A DNA stretch of 64,000 nt from Candidatus Multivorans sp. (lineage in GTDB: Bacteria > Acidobacteriota > Thermoanaerobaculia > Multivoradales > Multivoraceae). The position numbers and the translations under genes are program-made. Positions 39,651-50,169 of the stretch are shown here, piece after piece (the first letter of the stretch is position 1; every line of letters begins with the position of its first letter). Location of the stretch: contig OZ251997.1 of assembly GCA_965247095.1 (NCBI GenBank), positions 2,464,001 to 2,528,000 on the forward strand, in the 5' to 3' direction. The notes beneath the pieces are model-generated. The model saw only the letters and a list, made by a program, of their open reading frames with translations. It searched no databases and was not told the origin of the DNA.

Positions 39651-40593
39651 ACTTGATCCTCGGATCGAGCCAGGCGCAGGCCACGTCGGTAATCAGGTTG
39701 GCGGCCAACACCGCCACCGCCATCAACAGCACCGCCGCCTGCACCACCAGGAAGTCCCGCGCAAAAATCGCCTGCACCATGTACTGGCCGGTGCCGGGGA
39801 TGCCGAAGAGCGTCTCGATCACGATCGCGCCGGCGAAGATGCGGCCGGTCTGCAGGCCGAGGATCGTGACCACGGGCAGCAGGGCGTTGCGCAGCGCATG
39901 CGACCAGATGACCGTGCGCTCGCGCGCGCCCCTGGCGCGTGCGGTGCGCAGGTAGTCCTGGGCGAGCACCTCGAGCATCGCCGAGCGGCTCTGGCGCATG
40001 ATCAGCGCGCAACTCGTGACGCCAAGGGCGAAGGCCGGCAGGACCATGTGGCGCAGGCTCTGCAGCGGGTCGTCGAACGGGCTCACGTAGCCCTGGCTCG
40101 GCAGCCAGCCGAGGCCCACTCCGAAGAGCAGGATCGCCATGATGCCGAGCCAGAAGTTGGGTATCGCGACCCCGCCGATGGAGACCACCGTCGCGGCGTA
40201 GTCGATCGGCTTGCCGCGATAGACCGCGGAGGCGATGCCCGCGGGCACCCCGATCAGGACCGCGAGGATCCAGGCCGCGATGCCGAACTGCAGGGTCACA
40301 AGAGCCCGGGCACCGAGCTCTTCCGCGACCGGGCGCATGTTCTGGGTCGAGCGGCCGAAGTCGCCTTGTGTGACGTTGCCGAGCCAGATCAAGTACTGGA
40401 CGATCACCGGTTCGTCGAGGTGGTGACGCTCGCGGATGATCTGCAACTGCTCTTCGTCGAGCGCCTCACCGGGGCCGATGAAGGCCCGCGCCGGGTCGCC
40501 GGGGATCGCGAGCATCAACGCGAACACCAGGAACGTGACCAGGAGGAGAACGGGCACCGCCTGCAACAGGCGGCGCGCGAGGTAGCTACGCAT
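39640..40593 (-). CDS. Peptide ABC transporter permease (DppB/OppB-like)
   Basis: PGDPA, GDFGRS, PNFWLG, RSAMLEVL.QDYLRTARA.G, HALRNA. Confidence 0.93.
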   Translation of the reverse strand: MRSYLARRLLQAVPVLLLVTFLVFALMLAIPGDPARAFIGPGEALDEEQLQIIRERHHLDEPVIVQYLIWLGNVTQGDFGRSTQNMRPVAEELGARALVTLQFGIAAWILAVLIGVPAGIASAVYRGKPIDYAATVVSIGGVAIPNFWLGIMAILLFGVGLGWLPSQGYVSPFDDPLQSLRHMVLPAFALGVTSCALIMRQSRSAMLEVLAQDYLRTARARGARERTVIWSHALRNALLPVVTILGLQTGRIFAGAIVIETLFGIPGTGQYMVQAIFARDFLVVQAAVLLMAVAVLAANLITDVACAWLDPRIKFGD

Positions 40594-40603
40594 GTGGCTA
40601 GTG

Positions 40604-42244
40604 CTAGTCCTCCAGCCAGATGTTCACGAAGTTCATCTTGCCGTCCCAGCCCATCAACTGGTCGAGGTTGCGCACCCTCGCGGGCGCCGCGGCATAGGTC
40701 ACTCCGTAGAGCAGCGGCGTGAACCAGGCCTCTCCGAGCACCGTCCGGTTGAGCTCGACGTAGACCTGCTTGCGGGCCTCGTTGTCGTAGAACGAGGCGC
40801 CCAGCTCCACCAGCGCGTCGACGTCCGGGCGCAGCACGTTGCCCGGGTTGTAGTAGCCATCGCTCTTGTAGGCCAGCGACGCCATCCAGTCCGGCTCGGG
40901 ATAGCGGCTCCACGACGTGACGAACATCGGGTACTCCTGGCCGTGGTTGAACCTCTCGGTTGCCGGTCCACTGGACAGGACGTCGATGTTCATCACAATG
41001 CCGATCTTCTTCAGCAGCGCCCGCACGACCTCGGCGCTGGACACGAGCAGGGGGTTGTGGTGGGTGACCGCCGTGAACTCCAAGCCATCCTCGCGGCCGG
41101 CTTTTGCAAGATAGCGGCGGGCCTTGTCGAGGTCGTAGTAGGGGCGCTCGTCATCCGGCTCGTGGACCCAGGAACCCACCGGCCACATGCCCGCGTCGGC
41201 CTCGATGGCCCGGTCGAAGAAGATCGCCCTGTTGATCACGGTCGGATCCACGGCGTGCGCGATCGCCAGCCGGACGTTCACGTCGTCGAGGGGCGGTTTG
41301 TTCACGTTGAACACCAGCGTGAGGGCGATGGCGCCGCCCGGCATCGTTTCCAGTTGAAAGCGCTCGTCACGCTCGAAGGTCGACACGTCCTTGTAGGGGA
41401 GGTAGGTGACGTCGATCTCTCCCGTGCGCAAAGCCGCGGCGCGGACCGTCTCGTCGCGGATCACCCGGATCGTCACCTCGTCGAGATACGGAAGCTGATT
41501 GCCGTGCTCGTCACGGCCCCAGTAGTCCTCGTTCCTCACCAGGTGCACGAGGGTGCCGGTGATCACCTCCTTCACCTTGAACGGGCCGGTCCCGGACGGG
41601 TTCCAGCCGTAGTCGGGGCCGAGCGCCTCGACCGCCGTCGGCGAGCTCATCACGCCGCCCCGGTCGGCCAGCATGCCGAAACCCGCGCCCCACGGCCGCG
41701 CCAGGTCGAACCGCACGGTGTAGTCGTCGATCACTTCGACCGCCTCGATCACCGCCAGCGATGCGCGCGGCGTGGCGATGGTGTCCGGGTCGAGAATGCG
41801 CTCGATGTTGACCTTCACCGCCTCGGCATTGAACGGGGTGCCGTCGTGGAACACGACGCCCTCCCGAAGCTGGAAGGTGATCGAGTCGGGGTCCGTCGCG
41901 ATCTCCCAGGAGGTCGCGAGGGAGGTCTCCGGCCGCGGCGCGAGCTGCGGGTCCGCATCGACCAGTTGATCGAAGAGCTGGCGCCAGAAGTAGGCGTCGG
42001 CGCCCGATCGCCCCAGGACCGCGTCGAGCGAGGTGGGCTCCAGGGAGTGGCCCACGCGCAGGTGGCCGCCGTAGCGTGGGCCGCCGACGGCAGTGCGTTC
42101 GCGCGCCGGCGGTGCGCCGGCCTCCAGGCGGTCGGCTCGGCTCTCGGGCGCGCACCCGACCACTGCGGTGAGGAGCACTGACAGCAGCACCACTGGCCCG
42201 GATACGATCTCCCTGAGCGGTGACAACGGCGGTACAACAGACAT
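40604..42244 (-). CDS. Peptide ABC transporter substrate-binding lipoprotein (family 5)
   Basis: VVGC lipobox, LA.SWE, LREGVVFHDGTPFNAEAVK, GTGPF. Confidence 0.92.
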   Translation of the reverse strand: MSVVPPLSPLREIVSGPVVLLSVLLTAVVGCAPESRADRLEAGAPPARERTAVGGPRYGGHLRVGHSLEPTSLDAVLGRSGADAYFWRQLFDQLVDADPQLAPRPETSLATSWEIATDPDSITFQLREGVVFHDGTPFNAEAVKVNIERILDPDTIATPRASLAVIEAVEVIDDYTVRFDLARPWGAGFGMLADRGGVMSSPTAVEALGPDYGWNPSGTGPFKVKEVITGTLVHLVRNEDYWGRDEHGNQLPYLDEVTIRVIRDETVRAAALRTGEIDVTYLPYKDVSTFERDERFQLETMPGGAIALTLVFNVNKPPLDDVNVRLAIAHAVDPTVINRAIFFDRAIEADAGMWPVGSWVHEPDDERPYYDLDKARRYLAKAGREDGLEFTAVTHHNPLLVSSAEVVRALLKKIGIVMNIDVLSSGPATERFNHGQEYPMFVTSWSRYPEPDWMASLAYKSDGYYNPGNVLRPDVDALVELGASFYDNEARKQVYVELNRTVLGEAWFTPLLYGVTYAAAPARVRNLDQLMGWDGKMNFVNIWLED

Positions 42245-42300
42245 TCGGTCCTCCAACTCTATGGGGACCAAGGCCATGGAGTTGAGCAGAGGAGCGCCAC

Positions 42301-43875
42301 ATGGGAAAGCAAACGGCACTCCTGGTGCTCGGCACGCTGCTCTGCGTACCCTGCGCCGCGCAGCCGCCCGACCGGTCAGATCAGCTCCTGCTGTTGCCCG
42401 CCGCTGCACCGAATCGGCAAGCGGGCCTCGACGATCGTCCGAACGTCCTGTTCATCGTCGCCGACGATCTGAACGTCGCGCTCGGCGCCTACCTCGCTTC
42501 GGCGCCCTCGCCGCAGTATGCGGGCGCGAAGACCCCGAACCTGGACCGGCTTGCCGCGGAGGGAATTCGCTTCGACCGCGTCTACGTGCAGAACCCGCTC
42601 TGCAACCCGTCGCGGACCTCGTTCCTGAGCGGACTGCGGCCGCCCACGGTGGACGTCTATGACGGCTCGACGCCTCCGCGCCACAAGATCGGAAGTTCTC
42701 TGCGCATGCTGCCGGAGCACTTCCACGATCACGGCTACTTCACGGCGCGCGTGGGCAAGATCGCGCACAACACCTTCGAACATGTGGTGACGTGGGATGT
42801 GTCGGCATTCGCCCTGTCGCGAGAGCCCGACTTCCGCTTTCACCTGCCGGGCTACCTGCCCGGCGTCGACCTGTCCGCCCAACGCGACAACACCTGGACG
42901 GACGGCGCCGAGGACGGCATGTCCCGCGCGGACGTCCTCAGGCCGATCGAGCGGCGCGCAGGCCTGCCCCTGTCATGGCGCGCGACCCGGGAATCGCCGC
43001 GCATGACGCCGGACGGAACCACCGCGACACGCATCGTCCAGTTGATGGCAAGGAACCGGGATAAGCCCTTCTTCATCGCCGCCGGCTTTCACAAGCCCCA
43101 CCAGCCGTGGGTCGGCCCCGTGGAGTTCTTCGAGCAGCACCCCGCCTCTGAGATCCGATTGCCGCCGACGCCGCCGGACGACACCGCCGACCTGCCCGAC
43201 GCGGCGTTCCGACTGCTGCCAGACGACGCCGCCCACACCGAGAGGCAGCACAAGCAGGCCATCGCCGCGTACCACGCGATGGTCACGATGACCGACTCCT
43301 ACGTCGGCCAACTGCTGGAGGCGCTGGAGTTACTCGGTCTCGCCGATTCCACCATCGTCGTGTTCACCAGTGACCACGGCTTTCAGTTGAACGAGCACGG
43401 CGGGCTGTGGCGCAAGACCTATCAGTTCGAGGAATCGACGCGCGTGCCGCTCATCGTCCGGCTCCCGGGCGGCCGGCAAGCCGGTGAGGTCACGGGCGGA
43501 CTCGTGGAACTGGTCGACCTCTACCCGACGCTCGTTGAACTGTGCAACCTGCCGACACCGGCGCATGAGCTCGAAGGCACGAGCTTCCGGCCGCTGCTCG
43601 ACGATACGGAGCTGCCGTGGAAGTCGGCGGCCTTCTCGGAGTCGAAGCGCGAGAGCTTCCACGGCCGCACCCTGCGAACCCAGCGCTACCGGTACACGGA
43701 ATGGACCCCGCTCGAAGCGACGGACGCCGAAACGGAGCGCGAACTCTACGATCTCGAAGAAGACCCCTTCGAGTACGAGAACCTGGCGCTCGATCCGGGG
43801 CGCCGCGCGGTCGTCGAGGAGCTGTCCCGTCAATTGCGCGCGGGCTGGCGAGCGGCGCTACCGGAGTCGATCTGA
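42301..43875 (+). CDS. Sulfatase (iduronate-2-sulfatase/choline sulfatase-like)
   Basis: PNVLFIVADD, CNPSR.S..SG.RP, GKI.H, GF.KPH.P, SDHG. Confidence 0.92.
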   Translation: MGKQTALLVLGTLLCVPCAAQPPDRSDQLLLLPAAAPNRQAGLDDRPNVLFIVADDLNVALGAYLASAPSPQYAGAKTPNLDRLAAEGIRFDRVYVQNPLCNPSRTSFLSGLRPPTVDVYDGSTPPRHKIGSSLRMLPEHFHDHGYFTARVGKIAHNTFEHVVTWDVSAFALSREPDFRFHLPGYLPGVDLSAQRDNTWTDGAEDGMSRADVLRPIERRAGLPLSWRATRESPRMTPDGTTATRIVQLMARNRDKPFFIAAGFHKPHQPWVGPVEFFEQHPASEIRLPPTPPDDTADLPDAAFRLLPDDAAHTERQHKQAIAAYHAMVTMTDSYVGQLLEALELLGLADSTIVVFTSDHGFQLNEHGGLWRKTYQFEESTRVPLIVRLPGGRQAGEVTGGLVELVDLYPTLVELCNLPTPAHELEGTSFRPLLDDTELPWKSAAFSESKRESFHGRTLRTQRYRYTEWTPLEATDAETERELYDLEEDPFEYENLALDPGRRAVVEELSRQLRAGWRAALPESI

Positions 43876-43968
43876 GTCTTCGGCTTCACCACGAGCAGAG
43901 GCACAGCCCGCTCTCCAAGTAGACCGAGGCCTACGCCGCATCTCCGTGGTGTCCGCTCCCGCCGCGCG

Positions 43969-44334
43969 CTATCGGATCTGGCGCACGCGTCCTCGGTCTC
44001 CCCAGGCACGGTCGGCCGTCCACGCGATCCCGTCCACTCGTTCGGCGAGCGCGAGGCACAGCCGATCGGCCAAGGAGAGACCTTCTCTCCGCCTCCAGCG
44101 GCCGGCGGCCCGCTCCGCGTCCTGCTGGGTCACCACTTCGACGGTCAGGCCGTAGCTCAGCAGGAGAGTGCGAGCCAGCAGCCAGTCCCGCCCCGCTCCG
44201 CGAACCTTTTGCGACACCTCCGACCAGTTGGCGGCACCGCAGACGGCACGTTCGTCCATAGCTTTCTCGACCCGTTCGGCACCCTGCTCCCCCTGCAGAT
44301 AGGCCAGGATCGCCGACGCGTCCAGAACGTTCAA
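43969..44334 (-). CDS. vapC: VapC PIN toxin
   Basis: VLDASA.LA.L..E.G, N.SEV, GLSLADR.CLALA, TADRAW. Confidence 0.92.
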   Translation of the reverse strand: MNVLDASAILAYLQGEQGAERVEKAMDERAVCGAANWSEVSQKVRGAGRDWLLARTLLLSYGLTVEVVTQQDAERAAGRWRRREGLSLADRLCLALAERVDGIAWTADRAWGDRGRVRQIR

Positions 44335-44576
44335 GCAGCATCCTCCGCGTCGGCTGCGACGCGGCGTTCTGCAAGTAGCTCAGAGACGAGGTCGAGTCCT
44401 GCCAGTTCGGCCCGGACGCGATCGCGGAGTTGCTCGCGTTTCAGCAGAACCAGCCCGTCCGGCGTCTCGAACAAACACAGCACAGTTCCTACGGCCAGTC
44501 CGGCTCTGTCACGAACCGCTGCCGGGATGACGACTCTGCCGCGATCTCCCACCAAGACTGTAGTTGTCCCATCCAT
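44331..44576 (-). CDS. AbrB/MazE-type VapB antitoxin
   Basis: VGDRGRVVIPA.VR...GL..G; coupled to vapC. Confidence 0.88.
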   Translation of the reverse strand: MDGTTTVLVGDRGRVVIPAAVRDRAGLAVGTVLCLFETPDGLVLLKREQLRDRVRAELAGLDLVSELLAERRVAADAEDAA

Positions 44577-44702
44577 AGTGGATGTGTACCACATCAGTCG
44601 CGCCCACGGGAACACGGGCGGAAAGTACCGTGGCCTTTGGCCACGCCACGGTCTGCGGTGACCAGCCGCAGCTACTTCCGGGCGGCGCGCCGGAGGGCGA
44701 CG

Positions 44703-47420
44703 CTAGAAACGGATTCCGACCACCACCCGGAACTCTCGGGGCACCTGGTAGGAGACGCGTCCGGGGAACGGCCGGGCGTTGAACGGATTGACGATGATCT
44801 GTTCCTGCTCGTCGGTGGCGTTCGCAAGTTCAGCTCGCAACTGTCCTTCCACGCGACCACCCAGCGGGAAGTCCCAGGAAGCAGTCAGGTGGACGTTCAT
44901 CGTGTCCTCGAGTTCGTTGGAACCCCGCGGCGCGCGATAGGTCTCGGTGAGGATCCTCTGCCCGCTCACCGGATGAGCCACCGTGGCCCGGCCGACACGG
45001 GTCCAGGGACGGCCCGAGCGGAACCAGCCGGTCAAGCCGATGCTCAGCCTGTGGCGCCCCAACTCCCAGTGCTTGAGCGCCATCACGTTCAGATTGTGGG
45101 TGCGGTCGGACGAAGTCGGGCCGAAGCGGTTGACCGCGGTGCTATCCGTCCGACCGGTCACCACGTCGACCCCTCCCCTTCCCTCGAGGAAGGTGTCGGC
45201 GTCCGTCGTGTCGTTGTTCGTGATGTTTCCGGCGGCGTTGCCCTCGGCCTTCGAGAGGGTGTAGTTGGACCTCAGGGTCCAGTTTCCCCGGTAGCGCCGG
45301 TTGAACTCGAACTGCAGCCCCTGGTACTCGCGCTTGCCCTCGTCGTAGTTGCGGATCGCGTTGAAGGGGATGCCGTTCTCGTCGAACTGCTCGTTGCCCC
45401 AGTACATGTCTCCGAGGACCCAGAAAATGGCGCGCGCCTTGAAGGCCCAGAGGTCGCCGATCTGACGTTCGACCGCGAAGGTGATCTCGTCCTTGTAGTA
45501 GGCGTCGAAGGGCTGAATCGGCGTGCGGTTGGAGGGAATCGCGGTGAACTGCAAGCGGTCGTAGAGCTGGGTCCCCCGGTTGTAGGCGTACTGGTGAAAG
45601 GCATTGGCGCCGTTCGGCAGCCGCGACATGAAGCCGTTGACGATGTGTGTACCAATGAGCTGATACGTGCGCCCGAGGGTACCCTTGAGCAGGGTTCTGC
45701 CATTGCCTCCGATGTCGTAGATCGCGGCCAGACGCGGCGCCATGTCGCTCGGTGAGGTGGCCTCCTCGCCGACATCGTTGGCGTGATCCTGAGCGTCCAG
45801 TCGAAGCCCCACGTTGAACGTCCAATTGTCACCGGCCGTGATCCGATCTTGAGCGAAGATCGCCAGGTTGTCGCTGGTGGAGGCCACCGGCGCGTCTGGT
45901 GGAATGAAGACGCGCTTGCGCACCGGCACCATGAAACCGCCCGGGAGGTTCTCGTCGTAGCCGCGGCCCTGATAGCGAGTGGGTGGGGTGTTGAAGCTCT
46001 CGAACTCGATATCCTGGTAGTCGACCCCGAACTTGAACTCGTGGTCGCCGCGGAACAAGCTGAGGGCGATGTTGCCCTGCTGCCGCGGAAAGGCGTTGTA
46101 GCCGGTGCCGGCGCCCAGGTACACCGAGTTGTACTTGAGGCCGTTCGCCAGATCCCAGAACGCGCCGCCGCTGCCCGCCGGACTGTCGGGGTTCGCGTTG
46201 GGATCGATCGGCCGTTGATTGAGCTGGTTGCGGACGATCTCCGACTCGTAGTCGGCCACCTTGACCTCGAGAAAGGCATTCGACGAGAGCGCCCAGTTCC
46301 AGGCGCCCTGAGTGAGGATCTCAGTGAGGTCAAAGGCGCCGGGAGTCCAGAGGTCGGCGGCGTTGGCCGCCCAGGTGACCTTGGACACGCTGCCATCGGC
46401 ATAGAGGAGAGAGAACTGGTGGTCCTGGGTCGGTTGGAAGTTGAATTTGCCGACAAGCGGCTCGCCCCGCAGGCTGTTGTCGAGTACGGCGCCGCCGCGG
46501 AAGGCGTCGATTTCGTTGGAGTTCGTCTCGGCGGCGGCGACGAAGAACCACGCCTTATCGCGGACGATTGGACCGCCTATGGCGAGTTCGTAGCTGCTCG
46601 TGTCGTCGCTCGAGCGCGGTAGCGGAACGGCGTCCGACTGGGCGCGCCAACTCTGGCGCTGCAGAAGGTAGAGCAGGTCGCCGTGGAACTTGTTCGTGCC
46701 GGTCTTGACCACGGCGTTGGTGACGCCGCCGATCACTCGCCCGTACTCCGCCGGCGCTCCGGCAGACTCCAGGCGAACCGAGGCCAGTGCAGTGGTGGGC
46801 AGGAACAGGCGGGAGCTGCCGCCGCGGCGGTTGAACGAGGTGTCGACGCCATCGACGAAGCCCGCGGTCTCGCTCCACAAACCACCGTTGACGGTCGGTG
46901 TGTGATCGCCGAGAGCCTGCGAGCGGGCGTCGCTGGTCACTCCGGGCAGCAGCATGACTGCCGACTGGTAGTTCCGCTTCCCGAAGCTCAGATTCTCCGC
47001 CACCTCGGCTTCGAGGGTCGAGGCCGCCCCCACCTCGTACTTGTCGACCAGCGGCGCCTCGGAGATCACGGTGATGGTCTCCTCGGTGATGGCGGCGAGC
47101 TGGAGGTTTCTCTGCAAGCGAGTACCCGCTTCGAGAGGCGCTGCCGCCGGCTGCGACCGCATCCCCTCCATGGCCGCCTGCACGGTGTAGCCGCCGGGCA
47201 CCAGCAGGCCGAAGCGATACTCACCCTCGGCGCCGGTGGCGACCGTCTTGGCGCCCCGTTCGCTCTGGAGAGTGACGGTAACTCCGGGGAGCGGCGTTCC
47301 CGATGGGTCGGTGACGACGCCTTCGACCGTACCGGTCTGGGGCGCGTCGGCATGAGCGCTCACGGCGATCAGCGCCCCCATGACCATGCAGATGACGATT
47401 GGGACAGACACTGGTCGCAT
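44703..47420 (-). CDS. TonB-dependent receptor (Oar-like)
   Basis: GGAGG RBS, signal, G.V.G.V.D..G.PLPGVTV, PAEYGR..GGV.N.V.K.GTN.FHG, APRL, C-terminal RF. Confidence 0.92.
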   Translation of the reverse strand: MRPVSVPIVICMVMGALIAVSAHADAPQTGTVEGVVTDPSGTPLPGVTVTLQSERGAKTVATGAEGEYRFGLLVPGGYTVQAAMEGMRSQPAAAPLEAGTRLQRNLQLAAITEETITVISEAPLVDKYEVGAASTLEAEVAENLSFGKRNYQSAVMLLPGVTSDARSQALGDHTPTVNGGLWSETAGFVDGVDTSFNRRGGSSRLFLPTTALASVRLESAGAPAEYGRVIGGVTNAVVKTGTNKFHGDLLYLLQRQSWRAQSDAVPLPRSSDDTSSYELAIGGPIVRDKAWFFVAAAETNSNEIDAFRGGAVLDNSLRGEPLVGKFNFQPTQDHQFSLLYADGSVSKVTWAANAADLWTPGAFDLTEILTQGAWNWALSSNAFLEVKVADYESEIVRNQLNQRPIDPNANPDSPAGSGGAFWDLANGLKYNSVYLGAGTGYNAFPRQQGNIALSLFRGDHEFKFGVDYQDIEFESFNTPPTRYQGRGYDENLPGGFMVPVRKRVFIPPDAPVASTSDNLAIFAQDRITAGDNWTFNVGLRLDAQDHANDVGEEATSPSDMAPRLAAIYDIGGNGRTLLKGTLGRTYQLIGTHIVNGFMSRLPNGANAFHQYAYNRGTQLYDRLQFTAIPSNRTPIQPFDAYYKDEITFAVERQIGDLWAFKARAIFWVLGDMYWGNEQFDENGIPFNAIRNYDEGKREYQGLQFEFNRRYRGNWTLRSNYTLSKAEGNAAGNITNNDTTDADTFLEGRGGVDVVTGRTDSTAVNRFGPTSSDRTHNLNVMALKHWELGRHRLSIGLTGWFRSGRPWTRVGRATVAHPVSGQRILTETYRAPRGSNELEDTMNVHLTASWDFPLGGRVEGQLRAELANATDEQEQIIVNPFNARPFPGRVSYQVPREFRVVVGIRF

Positions 47421-47691
47421 CTCGAACCTCCTTTGTGGGTGAAACCGGCGCCCAGGCAACCGCTCGGACTGATTGGGACCTGGACTCGTAGTGTAGCGGG
47501 ACTTACTCTAACCCTGTTTGAACATCCAGCGCTTTGTACGCCCAGCCTCACCGCTGAGCAGGCGGGCGGCCGAGGTGGCGCGTTCGTGACGGCTGGAGCA
47601 ACATCAGCGAACGATACTGTCGCTACCAGGGATCCATACGATCAACAACGCTGCGCTCGTCGTGATGGGCCCGCAGGAGGGATTTGGAGCA

Positions 47692-48921
47692 ATGCGCGGA
47701 TCCGCGAGTACGCCGTTGGTTGCAACTACCGGGGACGAGGTGCTGGCCGCGTTGCGGGCCTACGACACCGCGACGAGGGCCGGGGACGTCGATGGGCAGG
47801 TGGCCTTCTTCTCGGAAAGCTGGCGGAGTAGCTCCGGCACGACGAAGGCCGATCTGCGGGAGCACCTGCAGAAGCAGGTCGACCGGGGCGGCGATGAGGA
47901 CAAGCGTCTTGTCCTGGACGACGCCAAGGTGGCTGTCGAGGGAGACTCGGCGAGCGTCGACCCCGTGGCGCTTCGTTCGCCGACCGGGGGCAGCTTCTTC
48001 GAATTCAAGATGACGAGGGCGCCGGACGGCGTCTGGCGATGCGACGGCGAATGGAAGTACGTGGGCGACCTGTTCTCCCATGGAGTCGAGGGCGTATCGC
48101 TGGACGAAGACGTGTCGTGTCCCGACCTCTTCAAGCTGGGCGGCAAGGACGTGCTTCTCTGCATCAGTCACCGGATCGGCTGCCGCTACTACGTCGGTGA
48201 ATGGAGAGACGAGCAGTTCCATCCCGAGTCTCACGCCCAGATGAGCTGGGTCGACAACTCGTTCTTCGCCCCGGAGAGCCTGGTGGACGACAAGGGCCGC
48301 CACATCATGTGGGCCTGGATCCTCGACGAGCCCCTGTTCGGCGCACGCACGAAGTACGGCTGGTCGGGCACGTTGAGCCTGCCGCGGGTGTTGTCGCTCG
48401 GGGATGACGGGCGGCTCCGCATGGACGTCCCCGAGGAGATCGAAGCGCTGCGCTATGGCGGGGTGCGGAAGGGGCCGCTGACGGTGCCGTCCGGCGAGGA
48501 ACTGGCCGTGGAAGGCGTTGCCGGCAACAGCCTCGAGCTGCTCATCGAAATGGAGAGCGCCGAGGCGTCACGGTTCGGCGTCAAGGTGTGCGCGTCGCCG
48601 GACGGCGAGGAGGAGACCAAGGTCTTCTACGACGCCGAAGAGAAGCTCCTGAAAGTCGACACGCGCAAATCAGGTCCCCAAGACACGCCGAAGGCCGTCG
48701 AGGCTGCGCCCTTCAAACTCAAGGACGGCGAGTGGTTGAAGTTGAGGGTCTTCGTCGACAAGTCCGTGGTCGAAGTCTTCGCCAACAGCCGCCAGGCCAT
48801 CGCGCGGCGCATCTATCCGTCGCGTCAGGACAGTGTGGGTGTGCGTCTGTTCTCAAGCGGCGGTGATGCCCAGGTGCACTCGCTCGAAGGCTGGAGGATC
48901 ACGCCTTCAAGGGCCTACTGA
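47692..48921 (+). CDS. Chimeric ORF: NTF2/SnoaL-like N-part fused to C-terminal half of a GH32-like protein
   Basis: DGVWRC junction near 48043, then CPDLFKLG, FFAPES..D..GR.IMWAW, WSG.LSLPR.L, LRVFVDKSVVEVF. Confidence 0.75.
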   Translation: MRGSASTPLVATTGDEVLAALRAYDTATRAGDVDGQVAFFSESWRSSSGTTKADLREHLQKQVDRGGDEDKRLVLDDAKVAVEGDSASVDPVALRSPTGGSFFEFKMTRAPDGVWRCDGEWKYVGDLFSHGVEGVSLDEDVSCPDLFKLGGKDVLLCISHRIGCRYYVGEWRDEQFHPESHAQMSWVDNSFFAPESLVDDKGRHIMWAWILDEPLFGARTKYGWSGTLSLPRVLSLGDDGRLRMDVPEEIEALRYGGVRKGPLTVPSGEELAVEGVAGNSLELLIEMESAEASRFGVKVCASPDGEEETKVFYDAEEKLLKVDTRKSGPQDTPKAVEAAPFKLKDGEWLKLRVFVDKSVVEVFANSRQAIARRIYPSRQDSVGVRLFSSGGDAQVHSLEGWRITPSRAY

Positions 48922-49177
48922 CCCGTCGCGACTCACTGGGTACGCGGATGTCTCCGTCGGCTTCTGTGAGAGCCGCGCGAGGTCGAAGGCCTCGCCCCTT
49001 CGGGGCCTGTGGAGGACGCAGGATGAACTGCCCTCAGTCTTGCTGCGCCGAGACCGGCATCGTCCCCTCAGCTTCCTTCGACTTCCCGGCCGAACACTGG
49101 CGAAACCACTGCGCACGACCAACACGCGCTCGAATCGAGCTTCGCTACGGTTCGTCTGCTGTGCCCAACCCCACTCG

Positions 49178-50020
49178 CTACCGGAGTCGGAAACTGAGCG
49201 TCTCGATCCAGTAGGACGCGACAGGTTCACCGTGCCGTCTTGCCGGTTCGAATGTCCACTGTCTAACCGCAGCGACAGCTTGTTCGGTGAGTCCATGGGA
49301 TAGGCCCTTCATCACTTCGTCGACAACTACCTCGCCAGTCTCGCTGATCACGAGCTTGAGTATCACGACACCTTGAATCCAAGCCTTCTTGGCTTGGTCT
49401 GTGTACTCCGGCAGGACCCGCACGATGGCCTTCGGCGGGATCCCTTCGTCCGTAACTTCGCGCGCCACCCAGATCGGGGCGGCCGCTGGAAGCTCAGTCT
49501 CGTTCACCCAATCGGCCTGGGCGCTGGAATCACAGCGTTCACGCACAGCCGGGCTGATGTCCTCAACATAGAACCTAGCGCTCAACGAGGCTCCGTTCCG
49601 GTTCTCGCCGAACAGGGCAATGTGCGAGTGTCCTTCAATACGCGCCAGAAGCGCCTCTGCATCCCCGATTTCCAGCACGAAGCCCCGGTCACTCCCGCGG
49701 GCAGCGGCCGTGATGCGAGGACCGCCGCGCACCTCGTAGTGCAGGGGACTATCCCCCAGAGCGACAGGCTGTCTCCAATCGACGTGTGCTGTTACTGGTT
49801 TCCCCTTGCGACAGCGGACCACAAACAGCGGGTCGTTGGACTCGGCTGAGCCCCGCTCGTGCCAATGGCCATGTGAAATCAGGTCGATTCCGGTTGGGTC
49901 GCCCCAAATGTCGAGCGCATAGGTGGCCTCCCACTTCTCGGCGACGCCCTGGGCTTCGACCATCTCGGCGCAGACGAGGCAGGACAGGGCCGCGGTGACC
50001 GTAGCGATCCGTTTCTTCAT
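49178..50020 (-). CDS. Secreted protein with TonB C-terminal domain
   Basis: PEYT..AK.A.IQG.V.L...I...G.V.....GL..GL...AV.AV.QW.FEPA...G.PV. Confidence 0.85.
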   Translation of the reverse strand: MKKRIATVTAALSCLVCAEMVEAQGVAEKWEATYALDIWGDPTGIDLISHGHWHERGSAESNDPLFVVRCRKGKPVTAHVDWRQPVALGDSPLHYEVRGGPRITAAARGSDRGFVLEIGDAEALLARIEGHSHIALFGENRNGASLSARFYVEDISPAVRERCDSSAQADWVNETELPAAAPIWVAREVTDEGIPPKAIVRVLPEYTDQAKKAWIQGVVILKLVISETGEVVVDEVMKGLSHGLTEQAVAAVRQWTFEPARRHGEPVASYWIETLSFRLR

Positions 50021-50169
50021 GCCAGCCCCTTTCACTCAGGTGCCCGGTGTCGGATTGGTGCCAGGCCGTTTTGTCAGGCAGCCTGCGCGCTGCAGTCGCT
50101 CCCGCCCACTCGCCACCGGGTACGAGAGCATCCCTCCTGCCATGACTCTAGACCATTCGGCCACTGGAG

